Of a DNA stretch of 60,401 nt, positions 50,250 to 60,401 are shown in pieces. The stretch covers positions 23,854,587 through 23,914,987 of the forward strand of contig NC_069003.1 in NCBI RefSeq assembly GCF_001194135.2, read 5' to 3'. Origin of the DNA: Octopus bimaculoides. Its lineage: Eukaryota. Under the pieces are notes generated by a model. The model had not been told where the DNA came from. It was given only the letters and a program-made list of their open reading frames with translations, and ran no database searches. The translations under genes and the position numbers were made by a program. Each line of letters begins with the position of its first letter. The first letter of the stretch is position 1.

Positions 50250-50636
50250 AGTGCTAAGAGTACCATTCGAGTGTGATCGTTACCAGCGTCGCCTTCTTTT
50301 TCACTTGTGCCAGTGGCACGTGAAAAGTCATTCGAGCGAGATCGTTGCCAGTGCCGCTGAACTGGCTCCTGTGCAGGTGGCATGTAAAAGACACCATTTT
50401 GAGTGTAGCCGTTGCCAGTACCGCCTGACTAGTCTTCGTGTTGGGTGACACATAAAAGCACCCACTACACTCTCGGAGTGGTTGGTATTAGGAAGGGCAT
50501 CCATCCAGCTGTAGAAACTCTGCCAAATCAGATTGGAGCCTGGTGTAGCCATCTGGTTCACCAGTCGTCAGTCAAATCGTCCAACCCATGCTAGCATGGA
50601 AAGCGGACGTTAAATGATGATGATGATGATGATGAT
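50250..50636 (+). mobile_element. RTE-type 3' tail repeat
   Basis: Ends CATGGAAAGCGGACGTTAAAT(GAT)n. Confidence 0.75.
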
Positions 50637-52090
50637 ATATACATATGCTTAGTGATACAGATTCCATCAATGTATGCAAATTCCTCAGTGTTATGTTAGC
50701 AGTAGCGCTTCAAATATAAAGGTGTTGTGAAACTTTCTGCTTTGTCAGAAGCTTTCATATTTTCCCTTTTCTTTCCCTTCCTCGATATCACAATGCTTCA
50801 AGCGAACTACATCACCCTTACAATGAGCTTCTTTTGGCTTCCATCTACCAAATCCACTCACAAGGCTTTGGTCAGCTTGGATCTATTGTGTAAGACATTT
50901 GCTCACGGTGTCATGCGATAGGACTGAACCCAAAATCCATCTGGTTCAGAAGCAAATGTTTTACTCACACAGCCATGCTACAATCCATACATATTTTATT
51001 GAAACATAAAGATTACTGTTGATAGATTTAACAATGATATAATTCTGTTTAAACAGGATAAAAAAATATATATATATATACAACAGGTTTATCAGGGAAT
51101 GTAACCTATTTGAAAAATTCGGAAAAATATTGCATCAAATTTACATATTTGAGATTTGAATATACAATTAGCTAATTTGCACATTTAATTAAATATTGAA
51201 CGAGATGTAGTTTTAAAAGATACATTTTAACACAAGTAAGCAATATATCAAGTACACTCAGTCTGCTTTATACATATTTCATTTAAATTTCACTGAAAAT
51301 GAATACATTTAGCTCATATACATTAATTAGCTGCTTCTAGCCATTTCCCAATGCATTTACTAGATGAGAAGACAAGTAGCTTAGTGGTTAGGGTATTTAG
51401 ATTACGATTGTAACATTGTGAGTTCAATTCCCAGTGGTGTGTTGTGTTCTTGAGCAAGACACTTCATTTCCCATTGCTCCAGTCACTCACCTGGCAAAAA
51501 TGAATTGTACTTGTAATTGAAAGGTAACTTTGTAGACACAGTCCCATGGTCATTCCTGACCGAAGGGGATCTTTACCCTTTGCCCCTAGAACTAACTGAA
51601 TTAGTCTTGGGTCAGCTAGAGATGGCTGGGGTCAGGCTGGAGCAGGTAGAGCCAGTTAGAACTGGTTGAAGCAAGCTGCAACTATCTTGAGACACATTTT
51701 TTAGTGATATTAATGAAACAATCTCAAGGAATGCAGTTAATAGTTGCATGAAACCATAAAACTGTGATAAAACTATGAATTTCAATAAAACAAAGATTCC
51801 AGTGATACCAAGTGAAATTAGCAATGGAGCAGAAATGAACAGCATGTCTTGGCGTTTGTAACATGGCAACGCAGTTGGGGGTGACATCATTTCCACATCC
51901 TGTCTATCTATCTCTCACTCTGTGTGTGTGTGTGTGTAAGGTGTGAAAGAGAGAAAGCTTGCAAATTAATATATATGCAGAAAAAAAAAAATGAAGAAAA
52001 TATATAGAAAATAAAAAAAAATATAAAATGTATGCATGCATATGTATATATATATATATATAAATATATATATATAAATATATATATATA

Positions 52091-52124
<34 letters not shown>

Positions 52125-52342
52125 CACACACATGTGCAATATATATATTATATATATATTGATGCAGGTTAAGAGAATATCAATTGTTTCCTCTCTTTCC
52201 CACACATAAATCACATACACACACACACACATGCACACATACACACACACACTCACTCAAAAGATAAACAATGATAATCAAAAAAATTTTTCTACTTAGA
52301 AAAGATTAATACTGTGTGCTGTTGTCAACATATATATATGCA

Positions 52343-52381
<39 letters not shown>

Positions 52382-52646
52382 ATGCACACACACAAACACA
52401 CCCACATATAAATAAATACAGTTTGATAGTGAGAGGTGGGTGGCTGGCATATCTATTTGGATAAGGAATTAATTTCATAACAATGTGGATTTGGGTACCA
52501 TCATGCCTCTCGGCACCTTAGGTAAGTATGTTCTTGTATAGCCTTAGGCCGACCGATACCTTGTGAGAGATATTGGCTGAGAGAAACTGTACAGTAAACT
52601 CACTGCTTGTGTGTACATATGTGTGTATGTGTGTGTGTGTGTGTGC

Positions 52647-52701
<55 letters not shown>

Positions 52702-53369
52702 CAGGTAAACATACATGCAGAAACAGCTTTTTATCTACATCTATATAGATGTATATAAATAACTGTGTGTATATATAATTGCTTGTATGTGGGTGTATAC
52801 ACACACACACGCACACACATAAATATATCTACACACAGAGATACACTGACTATAAGAGGTGTGATTTAGGCCAGTACGTGCATGTATATATATATATACA
52901 TATATATACATACAGGTACACATACATGCAGAAACAGCTATTTATCTAAATGTATATAGATGTATATAAATAACTGTGTGTATATATATAATTGCTTGTA
53001 TGTGGGTATACACACACACACACAAATATATCTACACACACAGATACACTGACTACAGAGGTGTGATTTAGGCCAATACCTTTAATGATAGCAGAGTGTA
53101 AAGTTCAGCTTTTGATGAGGCCCACAAGTGTTATGTATGCACACACACACACACACACATACACACACACATCACCACCCTACTGCAACTATAAATTCGT
53201 TACTCTCATCTCACCCGCCTTCATCCCTTTATTCATCATCGTTGCTCATTCTTTAATCTATCCCCGCCCCCTAGTCATAGGGGAAACTTAACCTTTAGCC
53301 TTGCAAGATACAAAGAGGTTGCCACTAGCACTAGTGGAATCCAAAGGCACCCAGCATGCACAATAAGGT

Positions 53370-53530
53370 AGTTGGCATTAAGAAGAGTATGGAACATGGG
53401 GAAGAGGAAAACCCAGGAAGACATGAGACAAAGTATTGAAGGATGACCTCAAGACACTGATGCTTATGGAGGAGAAGACAAAGAACCAAAATATCTGGTG
53501 CCTTGCTGGGCTCAAGAAGACCCTTCCTCC
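53370..53530 (+). mobile_element. RTE LINE ORF 3' end
   Basis: GRGKPRKT*DKVLKDDLKTLMLMEEKTKNQNIW. Confidence 0.7.
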
Positions 53531-53706
53531 ACAGCAGAATTGTTAATGCCACCTCTCTCTGATGAAGAGGACTGACCTGCAAGAACCCTGTGCTGGTACC
53601 AAACAAAGAAGCACCCATGCCGGCACTACGTGCAAAGCACCTGTGGAGTTATGTAATAACACCTGTGCCAGCACCGTGCACAAAATACCTGAGCGGGTGC
53701 CATGTA

Positions 53707-54251
53707 CAGGGTGACCCCTCCATAAAAACAGAAGCCACAAATTTTTGAATAAAATGACGCAGAGGGATAGATTGAGATGAACAGTGGTTCCAGCAAGATG
53801 GGGCCACCCCCGCCGCATCAAATGATTCCCTAGCTTGGCTAAAAGAGCGGCTTCAGGAGAGACTGATCAGCAGGAAGTGTGACCTTGAGTGGATACTGCG
53901 TTCACTGGACTTGAACCTACCCACCCAGATTTTTATCTGTGGTGGGTATCTCAAGGAAAATGTTTACCAGAATAACCCCTCAAACAATTGGTGAACTGAA
54001 AGCCGAAATCTCAGCAGAAATCAGGGAAATCCCCAAAGAGCAATGTGGTTGAGTAATTGACAATTTTGCACAACGTATGCAAGTGTCTGCACGACGTATG
54101 CCATTGGGAGCATATTTTGAAAAGAACATGACCTTTATGCAAAGAGGGAATGATTGTACACAAGACCGAAGTTTAAGTCCTTTGTAGGATTTATTAAAAT
54201 TTTTATGAGTTCTGTTTTTTTTTTGGTGGCGGGGGGGGGGGAGTCAACCTG
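53707..54251 (+). mobile_element. Internally deleted rosa (DD41D)-like element
   Basis: TA-flanked ends CAGGGTGAC.. / ..GTCAACCTG. Remnants WFQQDGAT...RLISRKCDLEW..RS.DLN..DFYLW.GYLKENVY, with about 41 residues between the second and third Asp. Confidence 0.8.
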
Positions 54252-54389
54252 TATAAGCGCACAACATCCTTTGTAAAGTGGTTGGCATTTGGAAGGGCAT
54301 CCAGTCATAGAAACCATGCCAAATCAGACTGGGACCTGGTGCAGCTCTCCTGCTTGCCAGCCCTGGTCAAACCATCTTTTTGGTCCTTT

Positions 54390-54615
54390 CACAGAAACTT
54401 GCTGCTACGGTAGACATGATCGCTACCTCGTTCGTCTTTATGTAGCGTATGGTGCTTTAGTTGACAACATAATAGCGACCTACTGCAGTATAAATTTTAC
54501 CTTCTCGGAGCATATCCAGCAGTTGTGCCTTCTCATGGAGCATCATAACCTTTTTCTGGCACTTAAATTTACTGCCAGAAGCCTTAGAAGATGTAGGGTG
54601 CTTGGGTGGCATCAT
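54390..54615 (-). mobile_element. Tigger/pogo transposase N-terminal (HTH) remnant
   Basis: The minus strand reads MPPKHPTSSKASGSKFKCQKKVMMLHEKAQLLDMLREGKIYTAVGRYYVVN*STIRYIKTNE. Confidence 0.8.
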
Positions 54616-55140
54616 AGAGCTTTAATAACATGCTGCAAAAAACACAGCACTCAACAAAATACTGGAGATAGCTACTAGATGCAGTTTTTCCTCAAAAAAA
54701 AAAAAAAAAAAAAACCTACAAAAAATCTTCACTGCGTCTAATATGTGCACACTACCAATGGGAGATTGAGCAGAGATTAAAAATAATTATGGTTTTGAAA
54801 AATTTAGTTTGTATTACAACTAGATACAGTAATCTATACTATAATAATAATAATGAGATAAAGAGAGAGAGAGAGGGAGAGAAATAGAAAAGAGAGAGAG
54901 AGAGAGAGAGAGCGAGAGCAGCAGGTAACCTAATTTCAATGAGACTATATTGGCTCACGACCTTAAAAATTATCCTGTTGAAATAAATGTAGTGTGTGAT
55001 CAAACGTAGCGATGAATCTAAAAAGCACTGGTAGTTGCAATACAAATTAGCAAGCTTTGAATGAAAGCAGGAACAAGAGATACAAGATACAGTGCACTTG
55101 TACCTAAAAAGAAATCAAGCGACATGATGTGCAGCTATTC

Positions 55141-55602
55141 TTGTTTCTTTATTATTTCTTTATTACCCAGAAGGGGCTAAACATAGAGGGGACAAACAAG
55201 GACAGACAAAGGGATTAAGTCGATTACATCGACCCCAGTGCACAACTGGTACTTATTTAATCGACCCCGAAAGGATGAAAGGCTAAGTCGACCTTGGTGG
55301 AATTTGAACTCAGAACGTAGCGGCAGACGAAATACCACTAAGCATTTCACCCGGCGTGCTAATGTTTCTTATTTCTTTATTGCCCACAAGGGGCTAAACA
55401 TAGAGGGGACAAACTAGGACAGACAAAGGGATTAAGTCGATTACATTGACCCCAGTGCGTAACTGGTACTTAATTTATCGACCCCGATAGGATCAAAGGC
55501 AAAGTCGACCTCGGCGGAATTTGAACTCAGAACGTAGCGGCAGACGAAATACCACTAAGCATTTTGCCTGGCGTGCTAACGTTTCAGTCAGCTCGTCACC
55601 TT
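55141..55602 (-). mobile_element. Tandem dimer of SINE, same family as 1591
   Basis: Two ~225-bp copies head to tail. Confidence 0.8.
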
Positions 55603-55915
55603 TCAGCTGATGTGCAGCTATTCTAATGAGTGGGACCTTCAGCTGCAAAGGGACGTCCAGTAAACTGGAAAATACGGTATATTATTATTAATAATTTAGC
55701 CTTAAAAAGTGTGGAAAAGTATATATTACTATGAAAAATGCCATAAAAAATTGTGGATGATATTTACGATTCCATGAATATGCAGTGATTTCCGCAAGCA
55801 ATTATTAGTTCCGCGAATAACTGGGACCATGAATGCAGAATCGTGAATAAGCAGGGGTACATTATATATACATACATATGTTCATATATACATATGCATA
55901 CACACACACATATAC

Positions 55916-55967
<52 letters not shown>

Positions 55968-58900
55968 CCAACCACATGGTTCTGGGTTCAGTGGCACTTT
56001 GAGTAAATGTCTCCAACTACAGCCTCAGGTTAACCAAAGCTTTGCGAGTGGATTTGGTAGACAGAAACTGAAAGAAGCCTGTCATNNNNNNNNNNNNNNN
56101 NNNNNNNNNNNNNNNNNNNNNNNNNNNNNNNNNNNNNNNNNNNNNNNNNNNNNNNNNNNNNNNNNNNNNNNNNNNNNNNNNNNNNNNNNNNNNNNNNNNN
56201 NNNNNNNNNNNNNNNNNNNNNNNNNNNNNNNNNNNNNNNNNNNNNNNNNNNNNNNNNNNNNNNNNNNNNNNNNNNNNNNNNNNNNNNNNNNNNNNNNNNN
56301 NNNNNNNNNNNNNNNNNNNNNNNNNNNNNNNNNNNNNNNNNNNNNNNNNNNNNNNNNNNNNNNNNNNNNNNNNNNNNNNNNNNNNNNNNNNNNNNNNNNN
56401 NNNNNNNNNNNNNNNNNNNNNNNNNNNNNNNNNNNNNNNNNNNNNNNNNNNNNNNNNNNNNNNNNNNNNNNNNNNNNNNNNNNNNNNNNNNNNNNNNNNN
56501 NNNNNNNNNNNNNNNNNNNNNNNNNNNNNNNNNNNNNNNNNNNNNNNNNNNNNNNNNNNNNNNNNNNNNNNNNNNNNNNNNNNNNNNNNNNNNNNNNNNN
56601 NNNNNNNNNNNNNNNNGAAATCTGTCCAGACACCTTTTAAAGGTGATGGGATTCTTTTTCCTCTTTAATCAGTTTTGGGACAATGTTAAACAGGGCAGGG
56701 CCTGTTGAGGAAAAGAAATTATGTCGCAGTGTACCTATATGTTGTGATCCTGAATTGGGCAGGGGACGTATGGCCCGTGGTCCCAGCCTTGGATGAACCT
56801 TGAAACTAATGTTCAGGTCGTTTGGGTAATGCTGGCGGTATATTTTCTACATCGTACAAATGATGTACCGCTCGCGGCGGCGCTGGGGAGAGTAGAGTTT
56901 CAAGGCTTTAAGGCGGTCCCAGTAATCGAGATCAGTCATGCCTTCAATTCGTTATATATATATTTACTTATATACACATACAACACACATGCACAGAGAA
57001 GATCCACATTACACAGACATGTTATTATATTTATATACGCATGCTTACATATATGCACATACACTTTTCAACGACAACAGAAACACATACATATATACAT
57101 GCATTCAGCTATACACACCTACAGGACACGAAGATGAGCTTGATGATGACTATGAAGGTGATGATGATGATTATAATGATGATGACGATGACGATGACGA
57201 TGATGATTATGATGATGATGGTGGTGGTGAGGACGACGATGACAGCAATGTAACAGTCCACACTGAAAATAATAACAATAACAAAATCAATGAAACAGTT
57301 AATTGAAACAGGAAGATATAATGATGGATATGAAGGGGGGGAGTAGGGAGTGCAAGAAGTGTATTGTATGTTGCTTTACCACACCAACATCAATTGTCGA
57401 TCGGTNNNNNNNNNNNNNNNNNNNNNNNNNNNNNNNNNNNNNNNNNNNNNNNNNNNNNNNNNNNNNNNNNNNNNNNNNNNNNNNNNNNNNNNNNNNNNNN
57501 NNNNNNNNNNNNNNNNNNNNNNNNNNNNNNNNNNNNNNNNNNNNNNNNNNNNNNNNNNNNNNNNNNNNNNNNNNNNNNNNNNNNNNNNNNNNNNNNNNNN
57601 NNNNNNNNNNNNNNNNNNNNNNNNNNNNNNNNNNNNNNNNNNNNNNNNNNNNNNNNNNNNNNNNNNNNNNNNNNNNNNNNNNNNNNNNNNNNNNNNNNNN
57701 NNNNNNNNNNNNNNNNNNNNNNNNNNNNNNNNNNNNNNNNNNNNNNNNNNNNNNNNNNNNNNNNNNNNNNNNNNNNNNNNNNNNNNNNNNNNNNNNNNTA
57801 TATATATATATATATATGTATATATTTCATATGTCGAAGTGCTTAATTTTACTCATGGATCAATTTTCTTGAAAATCAATTCATTATTTTATTGTGAGTG
57901 AATTTTGACGATTTCTGCCTTTCACCAGTTTAATATTAATTCTCCTACATTACTCTGACCATAAACCTTACCTAAATATCAAATTTCATCAAAATTGGAT
58001 GAATTCTGTAAAAGTTACAGCATAAAATATTAATCCTATGGGTAATTCCATACAAAAAGCCTACTGATTTCTTAGAATCCCCCACTCACGCCCAGTTATT
58101 GATTTTTTTGTCAGCTCTTCACCTCATTAATAATAATAATAATAATAGTTTCAAATTTTGGCATCAGTTCAGCAATACTGGGGGAGGGAGTAAGTCGATT
58201 ACATCGACCCCAGTGTTCAACTGGTACTTATTTTATTGACCTTGAAAGGATAAAAGGCAAAGCTAACCTCGGCACAATTTGAACTCAGAATGTAAAGATG
58301 GACGAAATGCCACTAATCGATTTGCCTGGTGTGCTAATAATCCTGCCAGCTCGCTTACCTGAGAGCGATAATAATAACATCAAGAGTTATAATAAATAAT
58401 TGATTAACCCCTGTACCATGGCCCATTAACTCAACTGGCTGTGCAAGTTTTCACCAGCTTTCATTAGACGATACAGTAAGTTGATGAATTTGTTTTTCCA
58501 CAGATATGCTAAATGATAACAAACAAACATTAAAAAGATCAATATGTAACATCATTAGACATTAGGTAAACAAACATTAGCTGGAAATTACTTCTGATCA
58601 AAGGCGGGGCGAATTAATGAAATGTCTAATTCTTTCATGAGTTATTGCAGTTAAGGTCAAGGTTTTCCATGCATAAAGTAGGACCACGTGGTATACGCCC
58701 CCTACACAACTCAGGGTCATAACAGGTAAATTCACTGCAATGCAATTTCTTTTCCTCAACAGACCTTGCTTTATTTAACACTATCACTGCACCCCAGCAC
58801 TGCCCGGGTGTTATAACCTACAACCACATTGTATTATTTCTTCTTTTCTTATGGGCAGAATTGGTACACAAGGAGTATGAAGCAAACAGCTCTTCTTTAT

Positions 58901-59088
58901 AAACATGTTTTTCAGTCATTTTCTGATGAACAACACTGCAGTTTCCATCCACCAAATTCAGTCACAAGTCTGTGGTTGGCCTAAGGCTATAGTAGAAAAC
59001 ACTTGCCCATGGTACCATGCAGAGGGACTGAATGTGGAACCATGTGGTTGGGAAGCAAACTTCTCAACCACAGTCAATCATGTACCTA

Positions 59089-59128
<40 letters not shown>

Positions 59129-59809
59129 ATTTGTTGTTAAATCGAGTATTGTGGCCCACTATGTCTCAGAGTTAACAGTTCATCAAGCAGAGATCTATAA
59201 AATAAATGCCAGATTGAAATACATACTGAGGTCAGTATGATCAATTAAATTTTTGAAGGTGATACCCCATCGTGGCGACAATCAAAAAACTAAACCCAGT
59301 AAAATAATGTTTAGTCTTAAAATTTAAGGTAATGGATTACTAACCATAAGAGAATGAGTTCAAAACTTCATATTGAACTTCTACTCCATACGATAACATA
59401 TGTATATCTTAGTCTATTTGACTTCCAACAATTAATAATTGCAATTTGAAGTTGAATGGTTAGCAGTAAGACAGTTGTCCAGATTTCTTAAAAAATTATT
59501 GTACAAAATATTCTGAGAAAAAGTTTGTTTTTCACCAAAACAAAACACACACACAAAGAGGTGTCTTAGGCAGAATTACTTCCCTTAGCTAAAGATCTCA
59601 AAATTGTGCAACCTGACCTCGTTTTCAGGGATATTTTTATAGTAAAAAAGAGTTGTGTAAAAAACACACTTTATTTGGTAGCCGAAAGATTACTGAATCT
59701 TTTGCTATCTCATATGTCAAACTTGGCAGCTCAGTTTCCAAATCCAAAAGGAACAAACTCATGCACACACACAAACACGCAAACTCTGTTTTATATATTA
59801 AGACTATCG

Positions 59810-60045
59810 TAAAATAAATCAAAGAAAAAGATCCCATCACCTTCAAACAAAATCTGGACGAGTTTCTTCAAGGGATAACAGATACCTGAATACATCACAG
59901 TCAGCAACAACTGCCAACTAGAATAGGCCATGATATCAAAACTAGGCTTAAAAATGACTTAGCTGATCCTATCAGGTGGTGCTATTAACTTAGACATGGC
60001 CTGGCCCAATCTTTGGCCAAAAGATATCTAAGTTAATTAAGTTAG
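59810..60045 (+). mobile_element. CR1-like LINE 3' end
   Basis: KDPITFKQNLDEFLQGITD...SNNCQLE*, followed by a UTR with ATCAGGTGGTGCTATT...CATGGCCTGG. Confidence 0.6.
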
Positions 60046-60074
60046 CTAAGTGCAGGCGGATATTTCTTGTATGA

Positions 60075-60401
60075 GACGATGGCCCAGTGGTTAGGGCAGC
60101 GGACTCGCAGTTTCGATTCCCAGACCGGGCGTTGTGAGTGTTTATTGAGCGAAAACACCTAAAGCTCCACGAGGCTCCGGCAGGGGGTGGTGGCGAACCC
60201 TGCTGTACTCTTCCACCACAACTTTCTCTCACTCTTACTTCCTGTTTCTGTTGTGCCTGTAATTCAAAGGGTCAGCCTTGTCACACTGTGTCACGCAGAA
60301 TATCCCCGAGAACTACGTTAAGGGTACACGTGTCTGTGGAGTGCTCAGCCACTTGCACGTTAATTTCACGAGCAGGTTGTTCCGTTGATCGGATCAACTG
60401 G
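60075..60401 (+). mobile_element. Long tRNA-derived SINE (second family), cut by window end
   Basis: Reverse complement of 37250-37590. Confidence 0.8.

Noticed and set aside
51612-51896. 94-aa minus-strand ORF as the 5' exon of the PHD-SAM gene
   Set aside because: It has no winged-helix-like features and no suitable phase-0 donor was identified.
54289-54678. 129-aa + strand ORF
   Set aside because: It is the antisense shadow of the Tigger transposase remnant.

Overview
This is AT-rich, repeat-dense eukaryotic genomic DNA with many N gaps. The SINE, RTE-tail and microsatellite landscape resembles a coleoid cephalopod (Octopus-like) assembly; that assignment is an inference. Two convergent multi-exon genes can be rebuilt with GT-AG sites and consistent intron phases. 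(1) A + strand STAND/NB-ARC-type P-loop NTPase followed by TPR-like helical repeats: 9 visible exon segments at 3406-16906, most of the NTPase hidden in gap 4755-5514, 3' end not found. (2) A - strand chromatin-reader gene with a KAT6/DPF-type double PHD finger and a SAMD1(atherin)-like SAM domain: 7 exons at 50060-33482, 5' exons not found. Introns and intergenic DNA contain decayed IS630-Tc1-mariner elements (maT-like, Tc1, rosa-like, mariner MITEs), a Tigger remnant, RTE, R4/Dong-like and CR1-like LINE fragments, Penelope-like termini with minimal hammerhead-like motifs, several tRNA-derived SINE families, mini- and microsatellites, and several fold-back elements. Most ORFs in the supplied track are artefacts of N gaps or microsatellites.
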